Shown here: positions 47,502-57,408 of the stretch, in pieces
Layout of the letters: each line of letters starts with the position of its first letter
Numbering within the stretch: the stretch's first letter is position 1
Assembly: GCA_963768655.1 (NCBI GenBank)
Contig: CAVYIM010000007.1
Location: forward strand, 201,597-265,596
Origin: an uncultured Chloroflexia bacterium
Lineage (GTDB): Bacteria; Chloroflexota; Limnocylindria; Limnocylindrales; CSP1-4
Direction: 5' to 3'
DNA: 64,000 nt
The notes under the pieces: generated by a model
What the model was told of the DNA's origin: nothing
Seen by the model: only the letters and a program-made list of their open reading frames with translations
Database searches by the model: none
Translations under genes and position numbers: made by a program

Positions 47502-49043
47502 TCATCGCCGGACCTGGCTCCCGTCTCGGCCGGGCTCGGGAGCGATCAGATTCGTACCGCCGGCCATCTCCGGTGGCACGATCACCACGCTCACTGGATC
47601 TACCGGTGCCCCGGTTGGCGGAGTGCTGGCCCGGGCTTCCGCCTCGGCCGGCAGCAGCGCGCCTCGCCTAACGACGCTTGAGACCCCCCACAGGCACACG
47701 ATGATGGCCACGACCAGGATCACGCCCTCAGTGCCGACGAAGTCGGCCACAGGGGCGACGATGATGATCGGCGCAAGGCTGGCTATCGACACCAGCATGT
47801 TCAAGACGCCGAATACGCGACCCCGCACGTCTTCGGGCAGCTCTTCCTGAAGCTGCGTCTGCGACGCGATCGAGACGATCGAGAACGCGAAGCCGACCAG
47901 GAAGGCGATGACGACCACCAGAGACAGCACGGAGACGACGCGGCTGGACTCCGCGATCTGAGCCGCGACGTTGTCCTCGAGGAAGCGCGAAATGGGGCCG
48001 GCGAACGACAGGATCGCCAGCAGGATGCCCATTGCGATCATTCCCGCTTCGATGGTCCGTCGCCGCGGCAGCCGGTGCCCATACGCGTTGAGGGCGATGA
48101 TTCCGGCCACTACCCCGAGTCCAAGAGGTAGGACCACCACCACGAAGTCCTTGGTTCCGAGAGCCAGCGTGGTCGTCGCGAACTTAGGCCCGAGGACGCC
48201 CAGGATGCCGATGAGCGCACCCGTGATGCCGAGGTAGGACAGCGACCACCCAACGGAACGGTGGTCGCGGATGTATGCCAGTCCCTCGGTCAGCTGCCCG
48301 AACATCGTCTCGACGGCGCGCTCGGCGTCTGCCACGGCCTGCCCCTTGGTAGCCCTGTCTCCGCCCACGGGAGGCGCCGACGGCAGTGTCCAGCAGAAGG
48401 CGGCAGCCACGAAGTACAGGATGCCGACGATCACGATCAGCGCCTGCGGGCTGGCCACGGCTACCAGGAAGGGTCCGACGAGCGCGAACCCCAGGGCGAA
48501 AGCGGCGTTCATGGTGAGGGTGAAGAGTCCGTTGGCCGCGAGGAGCTGGCGACGCGGTACCAGGAACGGGATCATCGACGCCTCAGCCGGGCCGAAGAAG
48601 GTGGTCACCGTCGCCACGAAGATCATCAGCAGGTACAGCAGCGCGAGGTTGCTGTGGACGACGACGATCGCTAGGAATGCCAGCCCGCGGAGCACATTGG
48701 TGACGAGCAGGATGTGGCGTTTGTCGACACGATCGACGAAGACGCCGGCGATTGCCGAGAAGACGATCGCCGGAACGAGGAAGCTCAGCAGCAGGGCGCC
48801 CACGGCCGTGGACGAGGCGGTCTGAGTGGTGATCAGGATCGTCAGACCGTAGATGACCATGTTGCCGCCGACCTGCGTCGACAGCTGGGCCAGCCACAGC
48901 AGCAGGAACGGCTCGTTGCGCAGGACTGCGAGGGCGCTCAATTCCTGCGCCGGTTCCACGTCCGCGGCGCGGCTTGCGGCAACTCTCGAGCGCGTGGCGG
49001 TCACGACGCCCGCCTGCCGCGCGGCCCGGCCCGGCATGTTCAT
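47502..49043 (-). CDS. MFS transporter (DHA3/DUF894-like)
   Basis: FLLLWLAQLSTQVG, GVFVDRVDKR, about 12 TMs, RGRVFG; ATGA-coupled to DUF951. Confidence 0.9.
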   Translation of the reverse strand: MNMPGRAARQAGVVTATRSRVAASRAADVEPAQELSALAVLRNEPFLLLWLAQLSTQVGGNMVIYGLTILITTQTASSTAVGALLLSFLVPAIVFSAIAGVFVDRVDKRHILLVTNVLRGLAFLAIVVVHSNLALLYLLMIFVATVTTFFGPAEASMIPFLVPRRQLLAANGLFTLTMNAAFALGFALVGPFLVAVASPQALIVIVGILYFVAAAFCWTLPSAPPVGGDRATKGQAVADAERAVETMFGQLTEGLAYIRDHRSVGWSLSYLGITGALIGILGVLGPKFATTTLALGTKDFVVVVLPLGLGVVAGIIALNAYGHRLPRRRTIEAGMIAMGILLAILSFAGPISRFLEDNVAAQIAESSRVVSVLSLVVVIAFLVGFAFSIVSIASQTQLQEELPEDVRGRVFGVLNMLVSIASLAPIIIVAPVADFVGTEGVILVVAIIVCLWGVSSVVRRGALLPAEAEARASTPPTGAPVDPVSVVIVPPEMAGGTNLIAPEPGRDGSQVRR

Positions 49044-49324
49044 CGCCGGCCCTCGCCGCCTGCCGGGGGCAGGTCGGCGTCCCGAGGAATCGGGGCCACG
49101 GCCCGACTCAAGGCCAGGTCGCCTCGGGCCACGAACCCGGTAGATCGCCGCTCGAGCGTGCGGCGATCGAGCAACACGTGCCGGCCGCAGCCCTGGCAGC
49201 GCAGACCGATGTCGGCGCCGAGCCGGTCCACGAGCCAGTCGTGCCCGCCGCACGGGTGCGACCGACGCAACCGGACGATGTCCCCGAGTCTGAACTCGAC
49301 GACACCCTGGTCAGGAGACGGCAC
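49040..49324 (-). CDS. DUF951-family protein
   Basis: LGDIVRLRRSHPCGG..W...RLGADIGLRCQGCGRHVLL.R. Confidence 0.85.
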   Translation of the reverse strand: MPSPDQGVVEFRLGDIVRLRRSHPCGGHDWLVDRLGADIGLRCQGCGRHVLLDRRTLERRSTGFVARGDLALSRAVAPIPRDADLPPAGGEGRR

Positions 49325-49471
49325 TGTTGTCGACCTGTGCTGAGTGCAAGGACGCGGGTTCCATAATGGCCGCTCAGCCTATCAGAGCCGAAGGCGGCCG
49401 TGGCGGCGGATCGAACGACGACCTGGCGCACCGAGCCCGGCGACATCCGGACGGCCGCATCAGGGCGTCCT

Positions 49472-50836
49472 TCAAGGCGCCCCTCGCGACGAACGTCGGT
49501 GCGAAACGGCGACTGCTACCAGGATCAGGCCCACGAGAACGACCGCTGCGGCCGCAATCGCGTAGGCGGCGGCCGGGATGCCATGTTGCGAACCGGCGCC
49601 CGCGGCACCGGGGCTCGCGGGGGCGCCGGGCACCGACAGCGGCGTTCGAGCTGAAGTGAATCCGGCTGCCCCGGTCGTGGTCCAGTCGGACGGGACCGGG
49701 CCGGTTGGCTCCGGCTGCGGGCCGAATGAACTGACAGGTGTGGCGCCGTTGTCCTTCTGCCAGGCCTGGTCGAACGCCTCGGTGTCGATGCCGATGGCCG
49801 TCTTGAACGCGTCATCGTCCGACACGCCCGTGCCGTAGGTCTTGACGAGCCTGTCCAGGTCGGCCTGGCCGTAAGTCCGCATGAAGTAGTCCACTGCCGA
49901 CACCAATTCGGCATAGGCCAGGTAGAACCCCTGCTGGCTCGTCGGGAACTCGCCCCGGAGGGCCGCGAGCGGCATCAGGCTGCCGTCGGAAGCAGCCTGG
50001 GCGACCAGTTGCTTGTCCGAGCTGTCGTATCCCTGCGAAACGTATACGGCGATGCCCTCGTTGAGCCAGCGCGGAGGGTCGTGATAGGGGTTTCCGGTGA
50101 TATCCGCGAACACCACGTGCGTCAGCTCGTGGGGCACAACCGTCGAGGCGTACGAGAGATCGCCGGGCGCGATCAGGGCGAAGAGCGTCCTCGTGTCCGG
50201 ATTGGCCTCGCCACCCACGTTGTCCCGCGTGGCCGGACCCAGAGCGTCGTAGAAGGGCGTCTGGTCGGCGTAGACGTAGAAGTCGATGGGGGCGGTTTCG
50301 TCGTAGCCCAGGAAAGCGGACGCTTTGGCTATCCCGTCCTCGCCCATCTGCAATGCCTGCTGGGCGAACGTGTCGTCGCCTTCGTACCAATGAAGCCGGA
50401 CGATCGTCCCGACCTTGGTCTGCCAGTCGAACCTGTCGTCCTGGTAGTTGACTTGAACGTCGGGTCCGGTTTCGACCGTGCCGTCCGCCAGGACCACCTG
50501 GAAATGGGCGGCTAGCTGCGTGTTCGGTTGCATCTCCCCGGACGAAGTGTCGAGTTCGTAGTCGAAGCTGCCCGTCCCCGGGCTCTCGAGCTTGATCACG
50601 GAAGGCCCGTAGTCGCCCGGATAGGTGATGACGATGTCGACCTCGCTGAAGGTTCCGCCGCCGGTATAGGGCTGAGTGAAGTCGATCCCCTTACCGAAAG
50701 TGGACGTGGCAGTCGGCGTTCCGAACGTGATCGAAGCGCCGAGAACCGACGCCGCGCTGGCGCCGACCGCCGCCGGGGCAAGCACGGCCGCCATGAACGC
50801 GACGCGGACGAGCCTGTAGCGCAGTGACAGCTTCAT
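49472..50836 (-). CDS. Peptidase MA-family zinc metallopeptidase, secreted with a C-terminal membrane anchor
   Basis: Signal peptide; HELTH (HExxH); PRWLNEGIA; C-terminal TM followed by RRSSR. Confidence 0.85.
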   Translation of the reverse strand: MKLSLRYRLVRVAFMAAVLAPAAVGASAASVLGASITFGTPTATSTFGKGIDFTQPYTGGGTFSEVDIVITYPGDYGPSVIKLESPGTGSFDYELDTSSGEMQPNTQLAAHFQVVLADGTVETGPDVQVNYQDDRFDWQTKVGTIVRLHWYEGDDTFAQQALQMGEDGIAKASAFLGYDETAPIDFYVYADQTPFYDALGPATRDNVGGEANPDTRTLFALIAPGDLSYASTVVPHELTHVVFADITGNPYHDPPRWLNEGIAVYVSQGYDSSDKQLVAQAASDGSLMPLAALRGEFPTSQQGFYLAYAELVSAVDYFMRTYGQADLDRLVKTYGTGVSDDDAFKTAIGIDTEAFDQAWQKDNGATPVSSFGPQPEPTGPVPSDWTTTGAAGFTSARTPLSVPGAPASPGAAGAGSQHGIPAAAYAIAAAAVVLVGLILVAVAVSHRRSSRGAP

Positions 50837-52503
50837 GAGCCGCTCGCCCAGGCCAGGCTGGCGTAGCGCATCAGGCCCTGGCCGTTCGTGACGGCCCCCA
50901 GAAGACCCGCTTTCGCCAGCGAATAGCCCCCGTCGTAGTCGACCGGAATCACGGGCGCCTGGTCGAGCACGACCGCCTGTGCCCGATCCAGCGCTTGCTG
51001 CATCGATGCCTGATCGCCGGCGGCCAGCGCCTGGCTGATGGCGGTGTCGAAGTCGGTCGAGCTCCACCTCCCGTAGTTGTTCGGCTGCCCGGTCCCGAGG
51101 AGAAGTCCGAGGAAATCGTCGGCTCCGGGATAGTCCGCCTCCCAGTCCATCTCCCAGAAGGCCGGCGGGTCGTTCACGAGCTGCGCGTAGTAGGACTGGA
51201 AGTCGCGGGTTTCATAACCGATATCGATCCCCAAGTTGTCATGGAGCTGGCGCACGATGGCTTCGTCCAGCGGGGCGCCGGCGGTGACCAGCGTTATCTT
51301 CGGAAAGCCCACTCCGTTCGGGTACCCCGCCGTGGCGAGCTCGGCCTTCGCCTGATCGAGATTGAAGACCGGCCCAAAATCGGTGGCGCTATGCCCGGGA
51401 ACGTCGGGCGGGACCATCCCCGTCGCCGGCTCCATCAGCGGGTCGGCTTGCAGGCCGACGATGCCTCGCCAGTCGATCCCCATCTGGAATGCTAGCCGGA
51501 CATGGACATCCGAGAATGGCGGCCGCGACGTGTCGAAGCCGTAGAACTCGACGGAAGGCGACGGATCGACGTGCAGCAACGGCCCGAGCGTCTGGTCGTA
51601 CGCGATCCACGACGCGTCGTCATAGGTGATCGGCGTGTAATCGAGCTTGCCGCTCTCGAAATCGGAGACCGGGCTGTCGCCGCCTATGGAGATCAGCTGG
51701 TGGACGGTTTCGATGGGAGGCGGACCGGCCCAGTAATGGCTGTTGGCGGTCAACGTTACCTCTGTGTCGGTCAGGCCGGAGAGGACGTATGCACCGCTGC
51801 CCACGAAGCCGTCAGGCGTCAGCGCGTCCGGGTTGGAATCGATCGACGGCGGGACGACCGCCAGCGTCGGGCTGGCCGCTATCGCGGGGAATTCCGGCGA
51901 GGGGTTCGTGAAGTCGACCTCGACCTGGTCGTCGCCGATCGCAGACAGACCTACCGCCGACTTTGCCCCGCTGCCTTCACGGTACGCACAGGCCCCGACG
52001 ACATCATCGAGGAGCGAGGCGAGCTGGCTCGGCTGAGCAGGATCGAGGACCCGCATCCAGCTCGAGATCACGTTGGCCGCGACGAGGGGCGAGCCGTCCG
52101 AGAACACCAACCCTGGTCGGAGGTCGAAGACGAGTTTCTTGCCGGCATTCGAGGTCTGCCAGCTGTCGGCAAGGGCAGGCTGGACGTGTCCGGCCGTATC
52201 GATCGCAGTCAGTGACTCGAAGAGTTGGGCCACGACCTGGGCGCTGCCCATGTCGGACTGAACCGCCGGGTCGAGCGAGGCAGGCTCGCTCCCGAAGATG
52301 GTGACCGAGCCGGTCGAGGATCCAGAGGGCCCCAGACTGACCCCAGGGCTGACGCCTCGGCTGGCGCCGGGGCCGGGCCGGCCGGACCCCGTCAGGTAGG
52401 TCCCGCCGGCTATGGCCAGAACGAGCGCGAGCGCGACGCCGATCGCGACCAAGGCGGGGCGGCGCTGGCCGGAACGCGGGGGCGGGGCGGGCCAGGCATA
52501 CAT
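50833..52503 (-). CDS. ABC transporter substrate-binding protein, family 5 (peptide/nickel)
   Basis: PASLDPA, QLFESL, PALADSW, LRPGLVFSDG, GSGAY, PPFSDVHVR, WEADYP; N-terminal TM anchor. Confidence 0.9.
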   Translation of the reverse strand: MYAWPAPPPRSGQRRPALVAIGVALALVLAIAGGTYLTGSGRPGPGASRGVSPGVSLGPSGSSTGSVTIFGSEPASLDPAVQSDMGSAQVVAQLFESLTAIDTAGHVQPALADSWQTSNAGKKLVFDLRPGLVFSDGSPLVAANVISSWMRVLDPAQPSQLASLLDDVVGACAYREGSGAKSAVGLSAIGDDQVEVDFTNPSPEFPAIAASPTLAVVPPSIDSNPDALTPDGFVGSGAYVLSGLTDTEVTLTANSHYWAGPPPIETVHQLISIGGDSPVSDFESGKLDYTPITYDDASWIAYDQTLGPLLHVDPSPSVEFYGFDTSRPPFSDVHVRLAFQMGIDWRGIVGLQADPLMEPATGMVPPDVPGHSATDFGPVFNLDQAKAELATAGYPNGVGFPKITLVTAGAPLDEAIVRQLHDNLGIDIGYETRDFQSYYAQLVNDPPAFWEMDWEADYPGADDFLGLLLGTGQPNNYGRWSSTDFDTAISQALAAGDQASMQQALDRAQAVVLDQAPVIPVDYDGGYSLAKAGLLGAVTNGQGLMRYASLAWASGS

Positions 52504-52661
52504 CAGCGAACGAGCCACCAGGCGAGGAAAGTGCCGTCACGGCCATCCACCTGGAGCGGCCTCTCGATGGGTACCGGCCGAGGGGGCGGGACCACGCGCC
52601 AGACGTATCCCTGCCCGCAGAACCGGCCGATCAGGGCTGCGATACAAAGAAAGCGGCGCAT
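52503..52661 (-). CDS. Small hypothetical protein (52 aa), leaderless, not in the ORF track
   Basis: TATACT (52668-52673), 6 nt, then ATG 52661; MRRFLCIAALIGRFCGQGYVWRVVPPPRPVPIERPLQVDGRDGTFLAWWLVR; TGA overlaps the SBP ATG (TGATG). Confidence 0.5.
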   Translation of the reverse strand: MRRFLCIAALIGRFCGQGYVWRVVPPPRPVPIERPLQVDGRDGTFLAWWLVR

Positions 52662-52804
52662 CCCGGGAGTATATGCGGACACGCCTTTGTTGCCCTGCTG
52701 CTCCAGGCTTCCCGCGGCCGGCGTCTGGGAATGCGCGGGCGTCAGCTTCTACGCTGCCTTTGCTCGCCAATTCGAGCCGTCACGGCACCGCGGCGTTTCC
52801 TTCC

Positions 52805-55504
52805 CTAACGTCCGTCCCGCAGCGCGGGAGCGAGGCGCTGGATTGCGGCTCCGGCCAGCGCAGCCAGGTGGTCCAGCATCCGGAGTCTCTCGGGCGAAAC
52901 CACCGCCGCGGCTGGGAGAGCCACCACGATGAGCCCGCAGACCTGGCCGTCGACCGGAATTGGGAGGCTCAGCAGCACGCCGTTCCCGTTGTCGTCCTCA
53001 GTCAGGACGCTGGAGTTGGACCACAGCCGGCCCCAGAAACCCTCGCCGCGATGGATCGACCGCCCGGTCTCCTCGAACCTGCCGAGGCCCGCCAGCTGGC
53101 GCATGACCTCCGGTTCTACGACAGACGACAAACCCCGCGCGGCGTCTCCGAGGGCCACCAGCCCGTCGCGCGAACCGACGATGGCGGCTGCATGCCGCAG
53201 GGTCACCAGCGCGACCTCTTCCGCGCCGCCGGCCGTCAGGAGGTCCCTGGCCGCGTCGAGAATCGCCCCCGGGACGGCCTCGGGCGGGCTCTCGGGCACA
53301 CGTCCGGCGCCGGCTGCTCGACGTCGCTTCGCTTCGTACAGGGCCGCATCCGCGGCGCTCACCAGCTCGGCCTTGGCGGGTCCGTCCGCAGGCCAGTAGG
53401 CGACCCCGACAGACGCTCCGAAAGGCAAGTCGGCCCCTCCGATGGGCGAGACTCGGACGGCCTCTCTCACGGCTACGCGAACGCGGCCCGCCACCTCTTC
53501 GGCCTTGGCGCGGCTGGCGCCGACCAGGAGCAGGGCGAACTCGTCGCCGCCGTATCGATACGCCCGGTCGTTCTGTCGCGTGGCCCCTACGATCGCCCTG
53601 GCTACCGTCTGGAGGAGCGCGTCGCCGGCCGGGTGGCCGTAGGTGTCGTTGAATGCCTTGAACGAGTCCAGGTCCATCATCAGTAGCGAGAACGGCTTGC
53701 CGGCGTCGACGAGCCCATCCAGGTCGCGCTGGAATGTGCCGTGATTGCGAAGTCCGGTCAGGGCGTCGAGGTCCGCGCGTGTCGACACGGTCACGTGGGT
53801 CTCGGCGTTCTGAAGAGCGATCGAGGCCTGACCGGCGAACAGCTTGCTCAATTCGAACTCCGGCTCGCTGAAATGGGCCTCCGCGCCCCCCACGCGGGCC
53901 AGGTTCAGGCTCCCGACGACATCGCCGTGAACACGCAGCGGGACCACGATGACGTTCTGCGAGACGCGGTCGCCCGCCTGCCCGGCCGTCGCTGCCTCCC
54001 GGTCGCGCCGGCTCCCATCCGTGGCCGCACTCGTCGATCGAGTCGCGTCGCTCTGCAGAGTGCCCTGGAGCGCTCCCGCCAGAACGCCCTCGGCTATGTC
54101 GTTGGCGCAGACGGCGTCACCCCGACCGATGACCCAGCTCGTGAGACCCTCGTCCAGGGCGTGGCGAGATTGGCCGGCGACTGCTTCCGCCCCCGAGTCG
54201 CCGCGCGTCAGGACCACCTCGATGCCACCGGATTCGCGGTCGTGCCTGTAGATCGTCAGGCGATCGTAGTGGACGACGCTGCCGATGGTGTCCGCTATCT
54301 GTTCGAGCACCTGGCGCGGCTCCAGGGTCGACACCAACTGCTCGCTTACATCCAGCAGCCTGCGCTCCCCGGCGAGCTGGCGTTCCAGAGCTGTCTGCTG
54401 GTGTTCCAGGCGCTCGATGTTGTCGGCATTCTCTATCGCCTGGCCCGCGTACCGGCCGAAGATCGACAGCGCCTGTTCGTCTTCCCGGTCGTAGCGCCCG
54501 GCCCCGGCTTTCGACACGACGAGCACGCCATGGACTGCCTCGCCGTACGCCATCGGAACCAGCAGCAGCGACTCGGGCCCCATCGTCGACCGGAAGATCG
54601 ACCGTCTTTCCAGTGCGGCGTCGGCGACGATCACGGGTTCGTTGTGCTTCGCCACCCACCCGGGCAGCGTCTCCGCGTACCCGGACGAGATGACTTCGAG
54701 CGGCGGCGAGACGATGCCGACGAAGGTGCCGGAAGCGGCAGCGAGGTGAAAGCCCCCGTGGACGGGATCGTCCCGGTACACCCGCACCGTATCGCAGTCG
54801 ACCAAACGCCCCACCTCGGCGACGATGGCCTCCACGATGGCCTCGACGTCCCGAAGCTGGGCCAGCCGAAGGCTCAGCTCGTGGATGGCCGTAAGTCGGT
54901 TTGCCAGCGATCGCACCGATGCGTACAGCCGGGAGTTCTGCATCGCGGTCGCCAGCTGGCCCGCGAAACCCGTGGCCAGGCCGAGATCCCTCACGGTCCA
55001 GGGGTGGGGCCGACGGTGAATGACGATCAACAGGCCGAGCATCTCACCCGGCACGCGGCACGGCACCCCGGCCAGACCGACGATTTCCTGCTTCTGCGCG
55101 ACCGCCCGGATCTCTTCCGCAATCGGGTTCGTGGCGTCGTCCAGCGGGATCGCGACCAGTGGGCTGTCCGGCCAGCGTTGCATGATCGACTGCAGCGGAC
55201 TGATCACGTGGTGGTCCAGGGCGTCGAGGACATCCCTCGGAATCGACCGGCTGGCGGTCAGGACCAGCGAATGATCAGCCTCTTCGCGCCAGAACGCGAC
55301 GCCGTCCGCCACGAGCACGAGCTCCACGCCGGCGAGCACCTCGTCGAACAGGCGGGCTCGGGCCGCCCGCTCGGTCTCGCTGTCCAGGAGCTCGGAATCG
55401 GCAGCGATCGGGTCACGCGCGAGCGTCGGAGCGACCTCCGGGGCGGCATCCTCGAACGGCCGACCGGACTCCAGGGCGAAGCTGTGGCTCTCCATTGCCG
55501 GCAA
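52805..55504 (-). CDS. Multi-GAF diguanylate cyclase
   Basis: Three GAF-like repeats, DALTGLRN, DLDSFKAFNDTYGHPAGD, RxxD I-site (RQND) and intact GGDEF, plus a C-terminal GAF-like domain. Confidence 0.9.
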   Translation of the reverse strand: MPAMESHSFALESGRPFEDAAPEVAPTLARDPIAADSELLDSETERAARARLFDEVLAGVELVLVADGVAFWREEADHSLVLTASRSIPRDVLDALDHHVISPLQSIMQRWPDSPLVAIPLDDATNPIAEEIRAVAQKQEIVGLAGVPCRVPGEMLGLLIVIHRRPHPWTVRDLGLATGFAGQLATAMQNSRLYASVRSLANRLTAIHELSLRLAQLRDVEAIVEAIVAEVGRLVDCDTVRVYRDDPVHGGFHLAAASGTFVGIVSPPLEVISSGYAETLPGWVAKHNEPVIVADAALERRSIFRSTMGPESLLLVPMAYGEAVHGVLVVSKAGAGRYDREDEQALSIFGRYAGQAIENADNIERLEHQQTALERQLAGERRLLDVSEQLVSTLEPRQVLEQIADTIGSVVHYDRLTIYRHDRESGGIEVVLTRGDSGAEAVAGQSRHALDEGLTSWVIGRGDAVCANDIAEGVLAGALQGTLQSDATRSTSAATDGSRRDREAATAGQAGDRVSQNVIVVPLRVHGDVVGSLNLARVGGAEAHFSEPEFELSKLFAGQASIALQNAETHVTVSTRADLDALTGLRNHGTFQRDLDGLVDAGKPFSLLMMDLDSFKAFNDTYGHPAGDALLQTVARAIVGATRQNDRAYRYGGDEFALLLVGASRAKAEEVAGRVRVAVREAVRVSPIGGADLPFGASVGVAYWPADGPAKAELVSAADAALYEAKRRRAAGAGRVPESPPEAVPGAILDAARDLLTAGGAEEVALVTLRHAAAIVGSRDGLVALGDAARGLSSVVEPEVMRQLAGLGRFEETGRSIHRGEGFWGRLWSNSSVLTEDDNGNGVLLSLPIPVDGQVCGLIVVALPAAAVVSPERLRMLDHLAALAGAAIQRLAPALRDGR

Positions 55505-55588
55505 TTGTGACTCGGGGGCTCTCGCACGCCAGCCACCGATAGGACATCCCCCAAGCGTGGGGGTTCGGGGGTGAGACTCCCGATGCAG

Positions 55589-56545
55589 CTAGCCGCGCTC
55601 GATTGGAGCCACGAGAGTCGCGGCCGATCGATCGCTCTCGGCCGGCTCGGCAGGCGACAGCCCATCCAGGGGAGCGGCCGCGTGGTAGTGACCGTCGTCG
55701 GCGGTCTCGTGTCGGTGCGAGTGGCTGATCGGACCGTGCCGGTGCAGGTGCTCGTGGATGAGATTCGCGCGAACGAGCAAGTCCGTGTCGGCCAGGATCG
55801 TGGCCGGATCGCCGTCCGCGACGACCCTCCCCTGCTCGCTCAGCACAACGGCCCGATCCGCGATCAGGGGCACGATGTCGAGCTCGTGAGTGGCGACGAT
55901 GAGCGTCCGGCCGGCCGCTCCGAGACGCTGGATCAGATCCACCAGAACCCACTTGGTGCGCGGATCCAGCGAGGCCGTGGGCTCGTCCAGGAGGAGTACC
56001 TCCGGCCTCAGGGACAGAACGGAGGCGATCGCCGCGCGCTTCTTCTCCCCGCCTGAAAGTTCGAATGGAGCCCTGTCGGCCAGGTGCGCGATCTCCATCG
56101 CCGCCAGGGCCTCGTCGCAGCGCTGCTTGACCTCGTCCGCGGCCAGGCCCAGCTGAAGCGGCCCGAATGCCACGTCGTCGAGCACGGTCGCGCTGAAGAG
56201 CTGAATGTCCGGGTCCTGGAAGACGAGACCGACCTGGCGGTGGAAGGTGAAGGCCTCCTGCCCGGCCGCGACTGCGGCGACGTCGGAGCCGAGGGCGCGC
56301 ATCGTGCCGCTCGACGGGGCGGCGATGCCGTCGAGCAGCTTCAGGAGCGTCGACTTTCCGCTGCCGTTTGCGCCCAGCAGTACGACTCGTTCGCCAGGCC
56401 AGATGTCGAGGGTCAAGCCGTCGAGGGCGGTCTGCCGGCCCGAATAGAGGTAGCCGACGTCTCGAAGGTTGAACAGGGGTTCGCCGGGGCCGACAGCCTC
56501 GGCCCTTCGATCGCCGGCCGCCGGGTCGAGATTTCGGCCGTTCAC
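55589..56545 (-). CDS. nikO: ECF-type Ni/Co transporter ATPase (NikO/CbiO) with a His-rich tail
   Basis: GANGSGKST, FQDPD, LSGGEKKR, LDEP; tail HEHLHRHGPISHSHRH; GTG 56545 overlaps the nikQ stop. Confidence 0.88.
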   Translation of the reverse strand: MNGRNLDPAAGDRRAEAVGPGEPLFNLRDVGYLYSGRQTALDGLTLDIWPGERVVLLGANGSGKSTLLKLLDGIAAPSSGTMRALGSDVAAVAAGQEAFTFHRQVGLVFQDPDIQLFSATVLDDVAFGPLQLGLAADEVKQRCDEALAAMEIAHLADRAPFELSGGEKKRAAIASVLSLRPEVLLLDEPTASLDPRTKWVLVDLIQRLGAAGRTLIVATHELDIVPLIADRAVVLSEQGRVVADGDPATILADTDLLVRANLIHEHLHRHGPISHSHRHETADDGHYHAAAPLDGLSPAEPAESDRSAATLVAPIERG

Positions 56546-57408
56546 GCCACGACTCGCGACACGAGCACCGCGCCGACGCCGAAGGCCCCGGTGGCGCCGA
56601 GGGCCAGCCAGTCGGCCATGCGCATTCGATAGGTGCTGTAGACCCGCACTTCTCCCGTGAAGCCGCGCGCGAGCATGGCGGCGTACACGTCGTTGCTCAT
56701 CTTGAAGGCGCGGCTCATCAGGTTGCCCATGGTGCCGGTGATCCAGCGGCGCTGCTCTCCGCCGCTCGTCCGGCCCACCACGCGGCTCTTGCGGGCCAGG
56801 AGCATGCCGTTTGCCGTGTGCAGGAAGAGGAAGATGTAGCGGTAGGTCATGGACAGGACGAGCACGAAGACCTGCGGCGTTCGAAGCGCGCGAAGGCTCT
56901 TGAGAACATCCGCCCACGGGGTCGTGAGGACCATCAGCACGGCCAGCGACACTGACACTCCCACCCGGCTGACGAAGATCGCCGCTCCGGCGAGGCCATT
57001 CCAGGACGGAGCCAGGTGCGCCGGCCCGAGCGCCAGGTCGAAGACCCGTACCCCGGGCACGAAGAAGATGGCCGGCACGACTACGATCCCGGCGAAGAAC
57101 GGGATCCCGAGCCAGACGCGCTTGATGAAGAAGCCGAATGGAACGCGGCTAGCCCGCGCCGCCGCGAGGGTGGCGGCATACAGGAGCGCGAGACCGACGA
57201 CCGAGCTCGCCAGGCTGGCCGCTACGATGGCCATGAGGAAGCCGACGAGCTTCGCGCGGGGATCGCGTCGCTGCAGCCATCCGTCGGAGCGGGCGTGCCG
57301 TTCCGTGAAGATGGCGTGCTCGATGTTGGCGGTGATGCCACCGACGGTCTGCTCCAGCCAGCCGATGCGTCCGTCAGCTGCCGGGCGCCCGGCTGCGACC
57401 GCGGTCAC
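56542..57408 (-). CDS. nikQ: ECF-type Ni/Co transporter permease (NikQ/CbiQ)
   Basis: DPRAKL, TTPWADVLKSLR, MTYRYIFLF, AMLARGF. Confidence 0.9.
   Translation of the reverse strand: MTAVAAGRPAADGRIGWLEQTVGGITANIEHAIFTERHARSDGWLQRRDPRAKLVGFLMAIVAASLASSVVGLALLYAATLAAARASRVPFGFFIKRVWLGIPFFAGIVVVPAIFFVPGVRVFDLALGPAHLAPSWNGLAGAAIFVSRVGVSVSLAVLMVLTTPWADVLKSLRALRTPQVFVLVLSMTYRYIFLFLHTANGMLLARKSRVVGRTSGGEQRRWITGTMGNLMSRAFKMSNDVYAAMLARGFTGEVRVYSTYRMRMADWLALGATGAFGVGAVLVSRVVA

Noticed and set aside
53741-55510. 589-aa + strand ORF
   Set aside because: Antisense shadow of the GAF/GGDEF gene.
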